From positions 106-64,105 of the forward strand of contig JAJTBE010000030.1 of assembly GCA_021287065.1 (NCBI GenBank): 64,000 bases of DNA, in the 5' to 3' direction. The stretch is from Bacillota bacterium. GTDB taxonomy: Bacteria; Vulcanimicrobiota; JAJTBE01. Every line of letters starts with the position of its first letter. Position 1 is the stretch's first letter. This document shows positions 28,093 to 38,183 of this stretch, piece by piece. The notes under the pieces are model-generated. The model had not been told where the DNA came from, searched no databases, and was given only the letters and a program-made list of their open reading frames with translations. The translations under genes and the position numbers were made by a program.

Positions 28093-28769
28093 TAAAACAC
28101 CGTTGATCGTAATTTTCCATCATCAAGATAGTAGATCTTATCTGCATAGCTTGCGATTTTCGGATCATGGGTAACCATGATCAGGGTAATCTTTTGATTT
28201 TCGTGGATGGAATGGATTACTTCCATAATTTCCTTACCCGATTTGCCGTCGAGGTTTCCGGTAGGTTCGTCCGCAAGAATCGTCCCCGGATTGTTTGCCA
28301 TAGCTCTGGCAATGGCAACTCTCTGCTGTTGTCCTCCCGACAGAGCCATTACTTTTTCCTCTGCTTTGTTTTCAAGGTTGACAAGGCGCAGAAGTGCAGC
28401 GGCTCTCGCTCTTCTCTCTTTGCCGAATGTGTTTGCAAGCTGCATGGGGAGCATGACATTTTCGATAACCGTAAGTGTAGGAAGCAGATTATAATTCTGA
28501 AAAATAAAACCGATATGGTGGAGGCGGATTTGTTCCCTTATGGATTCCGGTTCTGTGGAGATATCGACTTCATCAAGAAAAATATGCCCGAATGAAGGTG
28601 AATCAAGGCATCCGATCTGATAAAGCAGGGTGGATTTGCCGGAACCGGAAGGTCCCATAATAGCAATAAACTCGCCCTGTTCAACGGTCATATTGATGTT
28701 TTCCAGAACTCTGATGGAGCCGGCTTCACTTTCGATATACCTGTAAACTCCCTGGAGGGTAATTTTCAT
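28092..28769 (-). CDS. ABC transporter ATP-binding protein, MacB/LolD-like
   Basis: GPSGSGKSTLL, LSGGQQQRVAIARA, ILADEPTGNLD, VTHD. Confidence 0.9.
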   Translation of the reverse strand: MKITLQGVYRYIESEAGSIRVLENINMTVEQGEFIAIMGPSGSGKSTLLYQIGCLDSPSFGHIFLDEVDISTEPESIREQIRLHHIGFIFQNYNLLPTLTVIENVMLPMQLANTFGKERRARAAALLRLVNLENKAEEKVMALSGGQQQRVAIARAMANNPGTILADEPTGNLDGKSGKEIMEVIHSIHENQKITLIMVTHDPKIASYADKIYYLDDGKLRSTVF

Positions 28770-28781
28770 TCACTGCCTCCC

Positions 28782-29954
28782 TTATTCCCAGCGCAGAGCG
28801 TCAATAATATTCATTTTGTAAACGATGATAGCGGGGATGATTGCCGCCACTATCCCCACAAATCCTGAAAGCAGAAATGCATAAGCAATCAGGCTTGGGG
28901 TGATTTTTGCCAGAGGGAAGGAAAGCTGGAGCACTGCCATTACCGCATCGTTCAGCAACTGGCTTCCCATAATGCCGAGCACAACTCCGCCTATGCCGCC
29001 GATAAAGCACAGCATAAGGGATTCAACCTGAATCATAAAGAATACCGTAAATCTGCTTGTTCCTATGGATCTCAGGGTTCCGAATTCCTTTACCCTTTCG
29101 TAGGTGGACATAAGCATTGTGTTCATAGCCGCGGTAAGTGCAATGAGAACGCCGATGGCTGCAATGGCAAACTGCATAAGCCAGGCGTAACTGACATACT
29201 CATTGGCTGAACCGAGGTATTCTTCCCTTGTTTTTACATTAAGATGGGGATATGCTGTTTTTATAGCGTCTGCAACCTGCTTTCTGGTTGCCGGCACTGA
29301 TTTTTCAAGCTGAATCCATATTTCCTGAGCGCCTTTTGCGTTTTTGAGCTTTATCGCATTCTCAAGGGAAATATAGCAGAAATGATCGGCAAAACTCTCG
29401 CCGGGTTTTCCGATTCCCACCGTGGTAAAGGGCTGGCCCTCTATTACTATGGGAGTGTCAATGTTTATTCCCCTTGCCATTGCAAAATTGCCGCCTACAA
29501 CCACTTCCGGGGCATCGGCCGAATACATCCGGCTTCCCGGTTTTAAGTTGAAACGGGGGAAAAACAAAGGAAATTTATCTTCTCCAAGGCCCCAGACCAG
29601 AATAGTCTGATTTCCGATTTTCTGAGGGAATCTGTATATCGGGCAGACGCTGCTTATGTCCGGAAATTGCTCCTTACCTTCCAGCTTCTTCACCAGCTCA
29701 AGGGAAAGAACATCGGATGTAAAGCCTATTGTTCCTACAGGTCCTGTGGGCAGAGCTGCTGCATCAGGGGGCAGCACATAAACATCCACTTTCCTGCCGC
29801 TAATCTCTTTGGCAAAACGGGCATAAAGACCCTCCGCCAGAGAAAGCAGGGAAATAAAGGAACCTACGGCAAGCAGAACCCCGATTATAGTCAGAAGGCT
29901 CCGCTCCCTTTTTCTGTAAACATTTTTAACTGCAAGCTGAAATGCAATCAGCAT
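28782..29954 (-). CDS. ABC transporter permease, FtsX/MacB-LolCE family with a periplasmic domain
   Basis: N-terminal TM, large extracytoplasmic domain, three C-terminal TM helices typical of the FtsX-like permease family. Confidence 0.8.
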   Translation of the reverse strand: MLIAFQLAVKNVYRKRERSLLTIIGVLLAVGSFISLLSLAEGLYARFAKEISGRKVDVYVLPPDAAALPTGPVGTIGFTSDVLSLELVKKLEGKEQFPDISSVCPIYRFPQKIGNQTILVWGLGEDKFPLFFPRFNLKPGSRMYSADAPEVVVGGNFAMARGINIDTPIVIEGQPFTTVGIGKPGESFADHFCYISLENAIKLKNAKGAQEIWIQLEKSVPATRKQVADAIKTAYPHLNVKTREEYLGSANEYVSYAWLMQFAIAAIGVLIALTAAMNTMLMSTYERVKEFGTLRSIGTSRFTVFFMIQVESLMLCFIGGIGGVVLGIMGSQLLNDAVMAVLQLSFPLAKITPSLIAYAFLLSGFVGIVAAIIPAIIVYKMNIIDALRWE

Positions 29955-30139
29955 CTATTCTCAATTACTCCATTTTCGTAATTGTATAACCTTCCGGAAA
30001 ATGGCAAATCCGCCACAAAACAAAAACACCGGAAGTTTTTTTTCGATTGCATTATTCATATTCCTGCGTATGTAAAGATTCTTTGGGGAAAAGATTTTGG
30101 ATATGCAAATAAAACAGGTGAATATTTGTATGTTTTTCA

Positions 30140-30175
30140 GGCAAAAGCTCCTGACAGGCTTATCAGGAGCTTTTA
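30140..30175 (-). terminator. Hairpin terminator downstream of the GH38 gene
   Basis: gctcctga-caggctta-tcaggagc with flanking T/A runs. Confidence 0.5.
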
Positions 30176-30187
30176 TTCACTTTCGCT

Positions 30188-33100
30188 TTAAGCTGTCAGT
30201 TTTACTGTTTTTACCTCAAAGGGTTTGAAGGTCAGGGTTATTTTTGATTTATTATTTTCCCTGATGATTTCGATGGGATCTGACAGAGGGGTTTCCTCGC
30301 GCATGTCTGTTTCCACAGCTTCAGTAAAAACGGCAGGGATTGAGATTTCCGCTTCGCCTCTTCCGTTGAGGGATTCGTAAAGCCTGAGGACTACTGATTT
30401 GTTGTCTTCTCCCGGTTTTATGGTTTCGAGGATAATGTGGTTTTCTCTGCTTTTTACGCTGAATGACGGTATTGTCCGAAGGGTATTCGGAGGAGCGTTT
30501 TCAGGTTTTTCCTGTTTTGGCGGGAAAACCGCTGCATTGAGGTTTCTTGCTGCTGCTTCGGTTATCAGGGTGCTGTCGGGAGCTGACGACAGGCAGGGGA
30601 GGAGGGTGTACGTGAAATGGTGGAATCCCTCTTCCGCATCGGGGTCGGGGTGGACTGCGGATTTCAGCAGGGTAAGCTCAAGGGTTGAATTATGGTTTGA
30701 GCATGCATACTTACTGTCGTTGATCAGGGCGGCGCCGTATCCGTTTTCATACAGGGACGACCAGCGCAGAACCGGTGTTTCGAACATTGCCCGTTCATCA
30801 GGCTGGTTGCTGAGAGTGGATCTTTTTATGAATCCGAAGGGTATTTCCGAATAATCCTCATCGGCGTTAACATTGACAGGGAACGAAGTTTTTATCAGAA
30901 CATTCTTGTCATGCCAGTCCACAAGGGTTTCGAATTCGATAGCCGGAGTGTGGGCATAGAAATTAATATGCTGCATAATGGCGGAATTTCTGAAATTCTT
31001 AACCACCACAAGGGAGCATCTGACCGGTCCTTTTTCAACCCAGCGGGTCATTATGGTTTCCGGTTCCTCAAGGGGGAATTCCCTGTAGAATTCATCAATA
31101 TCCCATGCGTCCCAGTTGAGGGGGCGGTCTTCGAAGAATGAAAGCCTGTTGGCGGTTTCGCCTGGTTTAATAAGTTCTCTGGCAGGAGTTGTTCTTTTAT
31201 CAAGCAGCGAAACAATTTCCCCTTTTGCACTGAGAACGGCGGTGTAGAACGGAGATTCCACCACATTCACATTGGCGGCTACAGCTTCAAAAGATTCGAT
31301 TTCACCCGGTTCTTCAAATGTGAACATCTCAGATTCCAGAGGATTGAGAGCCGGGGCAAATATTTTTCCGAAGTATGTGTTTTGAACGGGATATCTTTTT
31401 CCATTTTCCGAAACCGCAATTTCAGATATGCCTGAAGCTGCGCAGGAGGCGGGCATTTCTTCGGTAAGTGCTGACAGCACATCGGTTATGCATCTTGAAG
31501 GTGTAATTTCATCCCTGATTTCAACAATGTTGTGAATGGGGAATACATGGGGGTTGAAAATCCCTGTTTTATCGGAATCAGCAGTAAACATACCGCTGAG
31601 CAGTGTTTTAATTTCACCTGTAAGGTCAGATTCCAGTTTTTCAAGCTGGTCCACAGCCTGTTCGTTAGCATCGTGGACGCAGGTTCCGGCGAGAATATCG
31701 TGGAACTGGTTAAGGAGAAGGACTTTCCAGTATTCATCCAGCCTGAACCTTGTTTCTTCGTCAAAAGTAACTGCGTTGCAGGTCATTCTGAGGCTGTATA
31801 GCTTTTCGAGGCAGTTGATAAGGTGTTCGTTTCTTCTGTTGAGCCTCTTTATATCGGAGCGGGAGGTCAGGGAGCCTCTGTGGTATTCGAGATAAAGCTC
31901 GCCTTTCCACACAGGGAGTTTAGCCCTGTTTTGTTCCAGTTTTTCAAAAACCTGCATAACTCTGCCCGTTTTCACTGCGGGCATTCCGGGGAGCTTGTCC
32001 ATTACGGGCATTCTCTCCATCATTTCCCTTACCGGTCCGCCGAGGCTGTCATCGTAACCGTAGGTGTGGAGCATTTCATCAGTGGCGTGCTTTTCTGAAA
32101 AATAGTTCCATGTTTCCTTTATTTCAAAGGGCGTGATTTTTCCGTGGAGGGCTGACCACTGGGGGCAGTCCTTATTGGGCGCTGTCTGAAACTGTGCGAG
32201 AATTTCCGATCCGTCGATTCCCTGCCATCTGAAGGCGTCTCTTGGGAATTTGGTATATGTATTCCACGACATTTTTGTAGTGGAAAAATAGTCCACTCCG
32301 CATTTTTTTGCAATCTGGGGAAGGTTTCCGTTGAAGCCGAAGGTGTCGGGAAGCCAGAGAATACGGGAGTCGTATCCGAAATATTTCTGAAAATAGCGTT
32401 TCCCGTAAATAAACTGCCTGATTAATGATTCACCTGAGGGCATATTTGCATCGGGTTCAAGCCAGGCTGCGCCTTCCGGTTCCCATCTGCCTTCCTGAGC
32501 GTATTTCCGGATTCTTGAAAACAGTTCCGGTTCCGGTTCCCTTATGAATTCGTAAAGAAGAGGCTGGCTCTGGAAATATGTGAAATCGGGATATTCTTCA
32601 AGAAGCCTGCACATCGTTGCAAAAACCTGTCTTGTTTTTCGTCCCGTAGCTTCCAGATCTCTCATCCACACTGCGTCTATGTGGCAATTTCCGGTCATTC
32701 TTATGGTGGGTCTTACTCTTTCTGCAAGTTCTTCAGGAATTTCGAATTTTTTGTCCGCTTCTTCAACAGCTTTCATAAATTCTTCGGAGCCGGGTTGTGT
32801 GAAGGGGATGGTTTTAAGTAATGAATCGGTGTATTCTATCAGTTTTCTTGTGGCAAAGTCGTCTTTGTCCAGAATATTCAGGCCGTCGGCTACAGACTGC
32901 AGTTTGTGGTGGAGTCCGAATGCGTGCAGGTTGAGTTCTCTTAACTCAAGTTTTACGATGCGTCTTTCCTGATGGCTTTTATCATAATTGACCCTGATGG
33001 TCAGTTCGTGTTCCATTTCGGTATCAAAATCAGCGGGGAGGAAAACTTCGGGATGGTTCTTATCGATTCCCTGAAAAGCTGTGCCGTTAATGTAAACCAT

Positions 33101-33445
33101 GCCTTCGGCCCCTTCAAACTCCCCGTTGGGGGTGATGTTGGCGAAACTGAAGTAGAGGGCGGTCCGGCAGTTTTTCAGTGATTCCGGTATGGAAAAGCGT
33201 CTTCTGAACCACGTGATTTTCGAATCTTCATCGAGCATGGGAATACGGCTGTCTTCCAGAACCTGCCATCCTCCGGCGGGAATCATAGGCGGTGTGAGAA
33301 TCAAGCCTGATGTTTCCTTAAACTGTATGGGCAGAAGCGATTCGGATTTGCCGTAAATAAAGCTGCCGATTTCGGCGGTTCTCTTTGTTATGCGCTGGAT
33401 GACTAAATCCAGTGAAATACTCTCATGCTGGGATCTCTGCATCAT
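30188..33445 (-). CDS. Glycoside hydrolase family 38 alpha-mannosidase
   Basis: 1085 aa. GH38 N-terminal catalytic motif TGNCHIDAVWM. Overall size and architecture typical of bacterial GH38. Confidence 0.85.
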   Translation of the reverse strand: MMQRSQHESISLDLVIQRITKRTAEIGSFIYGKSESLLPIQFKETSGLILTPPMIPAGGWQVLEDSRIPMLDEDSKITWFRRRFSIPESLKNCRTALYFSFANITPNGEFEGAEGMVYINGTAFQGIDKNHPEVFLPADFDTEMEHELTIRVNYDKSHQERRIVKLELRELNLHAFGLHHKLQSVADGLNILDKDDFATRKLIEYTDSLLKTIPFTQPGSEEFMKAVEEADKKFEIPEELAERVRPTIRMTGNCHIDAVWMRDLEATGRKTRQVFATMCRLLEEYPDFTYFQSQPLLYEFIREPEPELFSRIRKYAQEGRWEPEGAAWLEPDANMPSGESLIRQFIYGKRYFQKYFGYDSRILWLPDTFGFNGNLPQIAKKCGVDYFSTTKMSWNTYTKFPRDAFRWQGIDGSEILAQFQTAPNKDCPQWSALHGKITPFEIKETWNYFSEKHATDEMLHTYGYDDSLGGPVREMMERMPVMDKLPGMPAVKTGRVMQVFEKLEQNRAKLPVWKGELYLEYHRGSLTSRSDIKRLNRRNEHLINCLEKLYSLRMTCNAVTFDEETRFRLDEYWKVLLLNQFHDILAGTCVHDANEQAVDQLEKLESDLTGEIKTLLSGMFTADSDKTGIFNPHVFPIHNIVEIRDEITPSRCITDVLSALTEEMPASCAASGISEIAVSENGKRYPVQNTYFGKIFAPALNPLESEMFTFEEPGEIESFEAVAANVNVVESPFYTAVLSAKGEIVSLLDKRTTPARELIKPGETANRLSFFEDRPLNWDAWDIDEFYREFPLEEPETIMTRWVEKGPVRCSLVVVKNFRNSAIMQHINFYAHTPAIEFETLVDWHDKNVLIKTSFPVNVNADEDYSEIPFGFIKRSTLSNQPDERAMFETPVLRWSSLYENGYGAALINDSKYACSNHNSTLELTLLKSAVHPDPDAEEGFHHFTYTLLPCLSSAPDSTLITEAAARNLNAAVFPPKQEKPENAPPNTLRTIPSFSVKSRENHIILETIKPGEDNKSVVLRLYESLNGRGEAEISIPAVFTEAVETDMREETPLSDPIEIIRENNKSKITLTFKPFEVKTVKLTA

Positions 33446-33600
33446 AATTCCTTTATAAATTTATTGCTGATTTATGCCATTTATATTAGAACGGAAGACG
33501 GGAAAAATCAAGGGGTCCCTCTGAACAGAGTCAGGCTGGTTAGACCGGTTTCTTTAAGAATGACGGTTTCACCTTGAAATATATAAAGATTGGGGGCGGG

Positions 33601-33893
33601 TCAATGCCTATGAATTAAGGTATGGATTTGTTCGAACGCTCACGAGGATTGTAACCGCATGCCCAGCTCCCGGAGAAAAGTTTTTAGAAAAAGTTTCCTC
33701 CGGACCTTCATCCCAAAACTTTTGAATTGGGGGACCGACCGGGGGAATGGGGACCGCCGCAGGGTTTGGGGACCGTCAGAGGGAACCACGCTTTTTTAAA
33801 AAAGCGAGGTTGCCCTCCGAACCTCCCTCCTTGAAAAACAAGAGTATTGGGTCCGGAATTTGAGTGAATTTTACTAATTCAGTGGCATTGGGA
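33601..33893 (-). repeat. MITE-like repeat, copy F (full length, reverse orientation, no 29-bp insert)
   Basis: Reverse complement aligns end-to-end with copy A/D. Termini are ccaatgccactgaattag... and ...ccttaattcataggcattga. Confidence 0.85.
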
Positions 33894-33907
33894 CCGGGGT
33901 ACCGTTA

Positions 33908-34636
33908 TTATCTCCCAGCTTCTCCTGACATCCTCTGCAGCTTATGTGCGAAATTTGTTGCCGAATGTTTGTCTATTTCGCTCATTTCGTTGAATTTTAT
34001 ACCAATGCTGTAGTTTGCAGTATCTCCGCTGGACCGCTCCTCAAGTTTCTGTGCCCGTGTAACGAAGCCTGTGAGTTCGCTTCTGAAGTCCATGGACATA
34101 ATCTGAACGATAAGCTCCTCGTCTTTCATAAACGGTGAAGGCGACAGAAAAGACAGCCCGGCGATGCTGAAATCGTTAACCCGGACTGCAAGCCATTCTT
34201 CGTCCTGATTGCGTCGGACTTTGGCGGGCAGATCGGTGTTTATGCGGATATGTTTTCTTTCCACCACATCCTGCCATTCAAGCTGCTCAGGGTGCTCCAG
34301 AAGAATAATCGGAGGCTTTCTTTTCCATGCGATTTTTACCAGTTTTGATGAAAACCGGGCTACCTTGCCTTCACGGCTTACCGAAATAATAATATTCTGG
34401 CCTTCCCTGAAAGGAAATGGAAATTCCTCCATAAGCTCGGGAATATCAACGGTAAAATGCTCGTCTGTTGCTGAGTGGATAACGCCTTTCCACTGTTTTG
34501 CCACAGCTTCGTCCTTCTGAACATTTATCGTATCCCCGGTGAACAGTTCGATTTTCCTCTCTATCACCGGTGCAGCTTCTTCCTGCTGCTTTTTCTTCCC
34601 GAATAGATTTTTGAATATGTTTATAATCAGAACCAT
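33908..34636 (-). CDS. YcgR-like flagellar brake protein (YcgR N-domain plus PilZ c-di-GMP-binding domain)
   Basis: PilZ motifs RKHIRI (RxxxR) and NDFSIAGLSF (DxSxxG). The start overlaps the rsmG stop. Confidence 0.75.
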   Translation of the reverse strand: MVLIINIFKNLFGKKKQQEEAAPVIERKIELFTGDTINVQKDEAVAKQWKGVIHSATDEHFTVDIPELMEEFPFPFREGQNIIISVSREGKVARFSSKLVKIAWKRKPPIILLEHPEQLEWQDVVERKHIRINTDLPAKVRRNQDEEWLAVRVNDFSIAGLSFLSPSPFMKDEELIVQIMSMDFRSELTGFVTRAQKLEERSSGDTANYSIGIKFNEMSEIDKHSATNFAHKLQRMSGEAGR

Positions 34637-35415
34637 TAATCTCTCCCCTTGGGCTTTCTTCCATTCTTTTTATTTTTTGCATCACTCAGGTTTTCTTTTT
34701 TTATCACCTGATAACTGCGGGGAAACCGCTGGGGGCATGTTGATGCTTTCTTAAAGCATACAAATGTGGTTTCCGATTCCGAGCCTGTATTTATAACCTG
34801 CGGCTCCATCAAACCAAGCATACGGTAATCACTGCCCAGTTTTTCCAGCTCTTCCTTCCACTTACTGCCCTTCCATGCCGTCATTGTGCCGCCCTGCCTC
34901 AGCAAGGGAGAACACAGCTCGACCAGCATAATCAGACTCCCCACAGCTTTGCTGAATACATAGTCGGATTTTTCCCGGTATTCCGGATTTTTACCAAACT
35001 CCTCGGCTCTGCCATGGATGACTTCTATCCCCTCAACACCCAGAGCTAAACAGGATTCTCTGAGAAAAGCCGCTTTCTTTCCGTCAGCATCAAGAAAAAC
35101 AATGCTGAGATCAGGTCTGGCAAGTTTGACCACGATACCCGGAAAACCGGCTCCACAGCCTATGTCTGCAATACAGGCGCCCTCTCTGGGGTCAAAATAT
35201 TTCAGAAATAACAGGGAATCTGCAAAAAGATACTTTATAATCTTATCTTCATCTAACTTACCAATAAGATTTGTCTTTTCACTCCCCTCTTTCAGAAGCA
35301 GGAAAAAATCCGCCATTTTTTCCGCAGAATCCTTATACTGCGGCAGTCCGGCAGAATCCATTTCCGCCATGATCTTTGATACTATAATATCTCTGCTGGA
35401 TGTGGGATTGCTCAT
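34636..35415 (-). CDS. rsmG: 16S rRNA (guanine527-N7)-methyltransferase RsmG (GidB) with a roughly 45-aa basic C-terminal extension
   Basis: SAM-binding GCGAGFPGIV, LDADGKKAAFLRE, conserved RsmG core. Confidence 0.8.
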   Translation of the reverse strand: MSNPTSSRDIIVSKIMAEMDSAGLPQYKDSAEKMADFFLLLKEGSEKTNLIGKLDEDKIIKYLFADSLLFLKYFDPREGACIADIGCGAGFPGIVVKLARPDLSIVFLDADGKKAAFLRESCLALGVEGIEVIHGRAEEFGKNPEYREKSDYVFSKAVGSLIMLVELCSPLLRQGGTMTAWKGSKWKEELEKLGSDYRMLGLMEPQVINTGSESETTFVCFKKASTCPQRFPRSYQVIKKENLSDAKNKKNGRKPKGRD

Positions 35416-35555
35416 TATCCGTTCACTTTCATTAATTAAAACATTTTTTATGCTGATTCTAATTGTCCGATATTATCTCCACAATGTCAATAAGAAGCAG
35501 AATTCACTCTGTAATATTGTTGATATTTTTGTGTGAAGGGGGGGGCAATGTCACT

Positions 35556-35690
35556 GAATCAGCAAAATGTGCTCAAATCCCCAATCCCCAATCCCCAATC
35601 CCCAATACTTTTGTTTTTCAAGAAGGGAGGTTCGGAGGAAAACCGCTTTTCCAAAAAAGTGTGGTTCCCTCTGAGGGTCCCTGTCTTAAA
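35556..35690 (+). repeat. MITE-like repeat, copy G (left half only, with a (ccccaat)x3 micro-repeat)
   Basis: cactgaatcagcaaaatgtgctcaaatccccaatccccaatccccaatacttttgtttttcaagaagggaggttcggaggaaaaccgcttttccaaaaaagtgtggttccctctgagggtccc. Confidence 0.75.
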
Positions 35691-35699
35691 ATCTGCATA

Positions 35700-35735
35700 T
35701 AAAAAAGCGGCAGAGTTTGTCTGCCGCTTTTTATG
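35700..35735 (-). terminator. Rho-independent terminator downstream of pgk (symmetric, bidirectional)
   Basis: aaaaaagcggcaga-gtttg-tctgccgcttttt. Confidence 0.75.
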
Positions 35736-35747
35736 ATATTGAAAAAG

Positions 35748-36944
35748 CTATGCGTTGACAGCTGTTTTGTCGTTGAGGGCGGCAATGCCCGGAAGCTCTT
35801 TGCCTTCCATGAATTCCAGTGAAGCTCCGCCGCCGGTGGAGATGTGGGTCATCTTGTCGGACAGGCCTGCTTTTTTCACTGCGGCAACAGAATCGCCTCC
35901 GCCGATAACTGAAACGCCTTTCATTTCAGCTACTGCTTCAGCTACTGCCATTGTGCCTTTTGCAAATGCTTCAACTTCGAAAACGCCCATGGGTCCGTTC
36001 CAGAAGAGGGTTTTTGCGTCAGCGATATATTTTCCGAATTCTTTTACGGATTCTGGTCCGATATCCACTCCCATCAGGTCCGCAGGCATATTCTCAACGC
36101 TTACTGTGTCGATTCTGCCTGTGCCTTCGATGTTTTCCGCTACAACCACATCAACGGGCAGTCCGAGGACTACATTTCTTGATTTGCAGAGTTCCATAAT
36201 CCGTTTTACATTGTCCATATCGGGATCCAGCAGTGATTTGCCGATTTCCATTCCCTGAGCTTTAAGGAATGAGAACGCCATTCCGCCGCCGATGAGGATA
36301 ACCTGACAAAGTTCGGAAAGTTTGTCGATGATGCCTATTTTGTCGGATACTTTGGCTCCGCCCAGAATTGCTACGAAAGGTTTTTCCGGATGGGCAAGAA
36401 GGCTGCCGAGAGCTGAAAGTTCCTGTCCCATAAGGAATCCGGCTGCTGCTACGGGCAGATACTGAGTTACGCCTACTGTTGAAGCGTGTGCTCTGTGAGC
36501 GGTTCCGAATGCATCGTTGACATAGATTTCGCCGAGTTCAGCCAGTTTTTTGGAGAATTCGGGATCGTTCTTGGTTTCGCCGGGGTTGAAACGTGTGTTT
36601 TCCAGAAGGAGAACTTCACCGGGTTTCAGAGCCATTGCTTTGGCTTTAGCTTCTTCGCCCACTGTTTCGTTGGCTTTTGCCACCGGTTTGCCGAGAATTT
36701 CCGAAAGTTTTGCTGCCACGGGATCCATTCTCTTTGCTTCGTCCACAACTCCCTTGGGTCTGCCGAGGTGCGACATAAGGATGAGTTTGGCGCCGTGCTC
36801 AAGGAGATAATTGATTGTGGGAAGCGCTGCCCTGATGCGGGTGTCGTCGGTTACTTTTCCTTCTTTGATGGGGACGTTGAAATCGACGCGCATAAGGACT
36901 CTTTTATCGTTTACATCGATATCTTTAACTGTAATCTTGTTCAT
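35748..36944 (-). CDS. pgk: Phosphoglycerate kinase
   Basis: MNKITVKDIDV..RVLMRVDFNVP, GGGASLEF and other PGK signatures. 398 aa. Confidence 0.95.
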   Translation of the reverse strand: MNKITVKDIDVNDKRVLMRVDFNVPIKEGKVTDDTRIRAALPTINYLLEHGAKLILMSHLGRPKGVVDEAKRMDPVAAKLSEILGKPVAKANETVGEEAKAKAMALKPGEVLLLENTRFNPGETKNDPEFSKKLAELGEIYVNDAFGTAHRAHASTVGVTQYLPVAAAGFLMGQELSALGSLLAHPEKPFVAILGGAKVSDKIGIIDKLSELCQVILIGGGMAFSFLKAQGMEIGKSLLDPDMDNVKRIMELCKSRNVVLGLPVDVVVAENIEGTGRIDTVSVENMPADLMGVDIGPESVKEFGKYIADAKTLFWNGPMGVFEVEAFAKGTMAVAEAVAEMKGVSVIGGGDSVAAVKKAGLSDKMTHISTGGGASLEFMEGKELPGIAALNDKTAVNA

Positions 36945-37171
36945 TTAGTGATCCTCCTTAGTTGAAGAGGTTTCTGATATGTCATTCGGAACCGGTTTCA
37001 CAGTTTTATTTATACCTGATACACTGATGAAGTGGGGGCTTTGCCGGTGAAAACAGGCGCAGCCTGCAGGGGTTCCGAATGACATAAGTTGGAAATTGAA
37101 AAGGGTTAAGGGGGAAAACCCACCCTTGAGAGAGTTTTCCCCGGGTTTTATATATTTATATGGAAACGAAG

Positions 37172-38170
37172 TTATTTCTTCATCATGTAGCTGATGAGGT
37201 CAACAACTCTGTTTGAGTATCCGACTTCGTTGTCGTACCATGAGAAGACTTTAATCATATTGCCGACTACAAAGGTGCTCTTTGCGTCAACGATTGATGA
37301 GGCGGGGTTGCCTTTGAAGTCCATTGATACGAGTTCTTCGTCTGTTACTTCGAGAATGCCCTTCAGTGCGCCGGCTGCTGCTTCTCTGAGCTTTGCATTG
37401 ACTTCTTCCACTGATGTGTGTTTTTCAACGCTTGCTGAGAGGTCAACCAGTGATACTGTGGGGGTGGGGACGCGGATTGAAATACCGTCGATTTTGCCCT
37501 TGAGTGAGGGGATAACTTTGCCTGTTGCTGAAGCTGCACCGGTTGTTGTGGGGATCATATTGAGTCCGGCGGCGCGGGTTCTGCGAAGGTCGCTGTGGGG
37601 AAGGTCCAGAATTCTCTGGTCGTTGGTGTATGAGTGGATGGTTGTCATGAGGGCTTCTTTGATTGTGAAGTTCTCATGGAGAACCTTTGCCACGGGAGCC
37701 AGGCAGTTTGTTGTGCATGATGCGTTTGACACGATGTGATCGGTTTCAGCATTATAGTCGCCTTCATTTACGCCAAGCACCAGGGTCTTAATGTCGCTTC
37801 CTTTTGCGGGAGCTGAAATGATAACTTTCTTTGCTCCTGCATCGATGTGTTTCTGGCATTTATCTGATGAACGGAATACACCGGTTGATTCGATTACATA
37901 TTCTACATTCATTTCTTTCCAGGGAAGGGTTGCGGGGTCTTTTACGGAGAGCATTTTTATTTTCTTTCCGTTAACTACCATCTCGTCGCCTTCGAGTTTA
38001 ACTTCGCCGTTGAACTTGCCATATGTTGAATCGTATTTGAAAAGGTGTACCATTGTTGCGGGATCGCCCAGGTCGTTAATGGCTACCACTTCAAAATCAG
38101 GTTTTTTCTCCAGAATAGCTCTGAGAACCAGTCTGCCGATTCTTCCAAATCCATTGATTCCTACGTTCAT
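37172..38170 (-). CDS. gap: Glyceraldehyde-3-phosphate dehydrogenase (type I)
   Basis: NGFGRIGR Rossmann motif, active site [12 protein letters not shown]. Confidence 0.95.
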   Translation of the reverse strand: MNVGINGFGRIGRLVLRAILEKKPDFEVVAINDLGDPATMVHLFKYDSTYGKFNGEVKLEGDEMVVNGKKIKMLSVKDPATLPWKEMNVEYVIESTGVFRSSDKCQKHIDAGAKKVIISAPAKGSDIKTLVLGVNEGDYNAETDHIVSNASCTTNCLAPVAKVLHENFTIKEALMTTIHSYTNDQRILDLPHSDLRRTRAAGLNMIPTTTGAASATGKVIPSLKGKIDGISIRVPTPTVSLVDLSASVEKHTSVEEVNAKLREAAAGALKGILEVTDEELVSMDFKGNPASSIVDAKSTFVVGNMIKVFSWYDNEVGYSNRVVDLISYMMKK

Positions 38171-38183
38171 TGTATTTCCTCCT

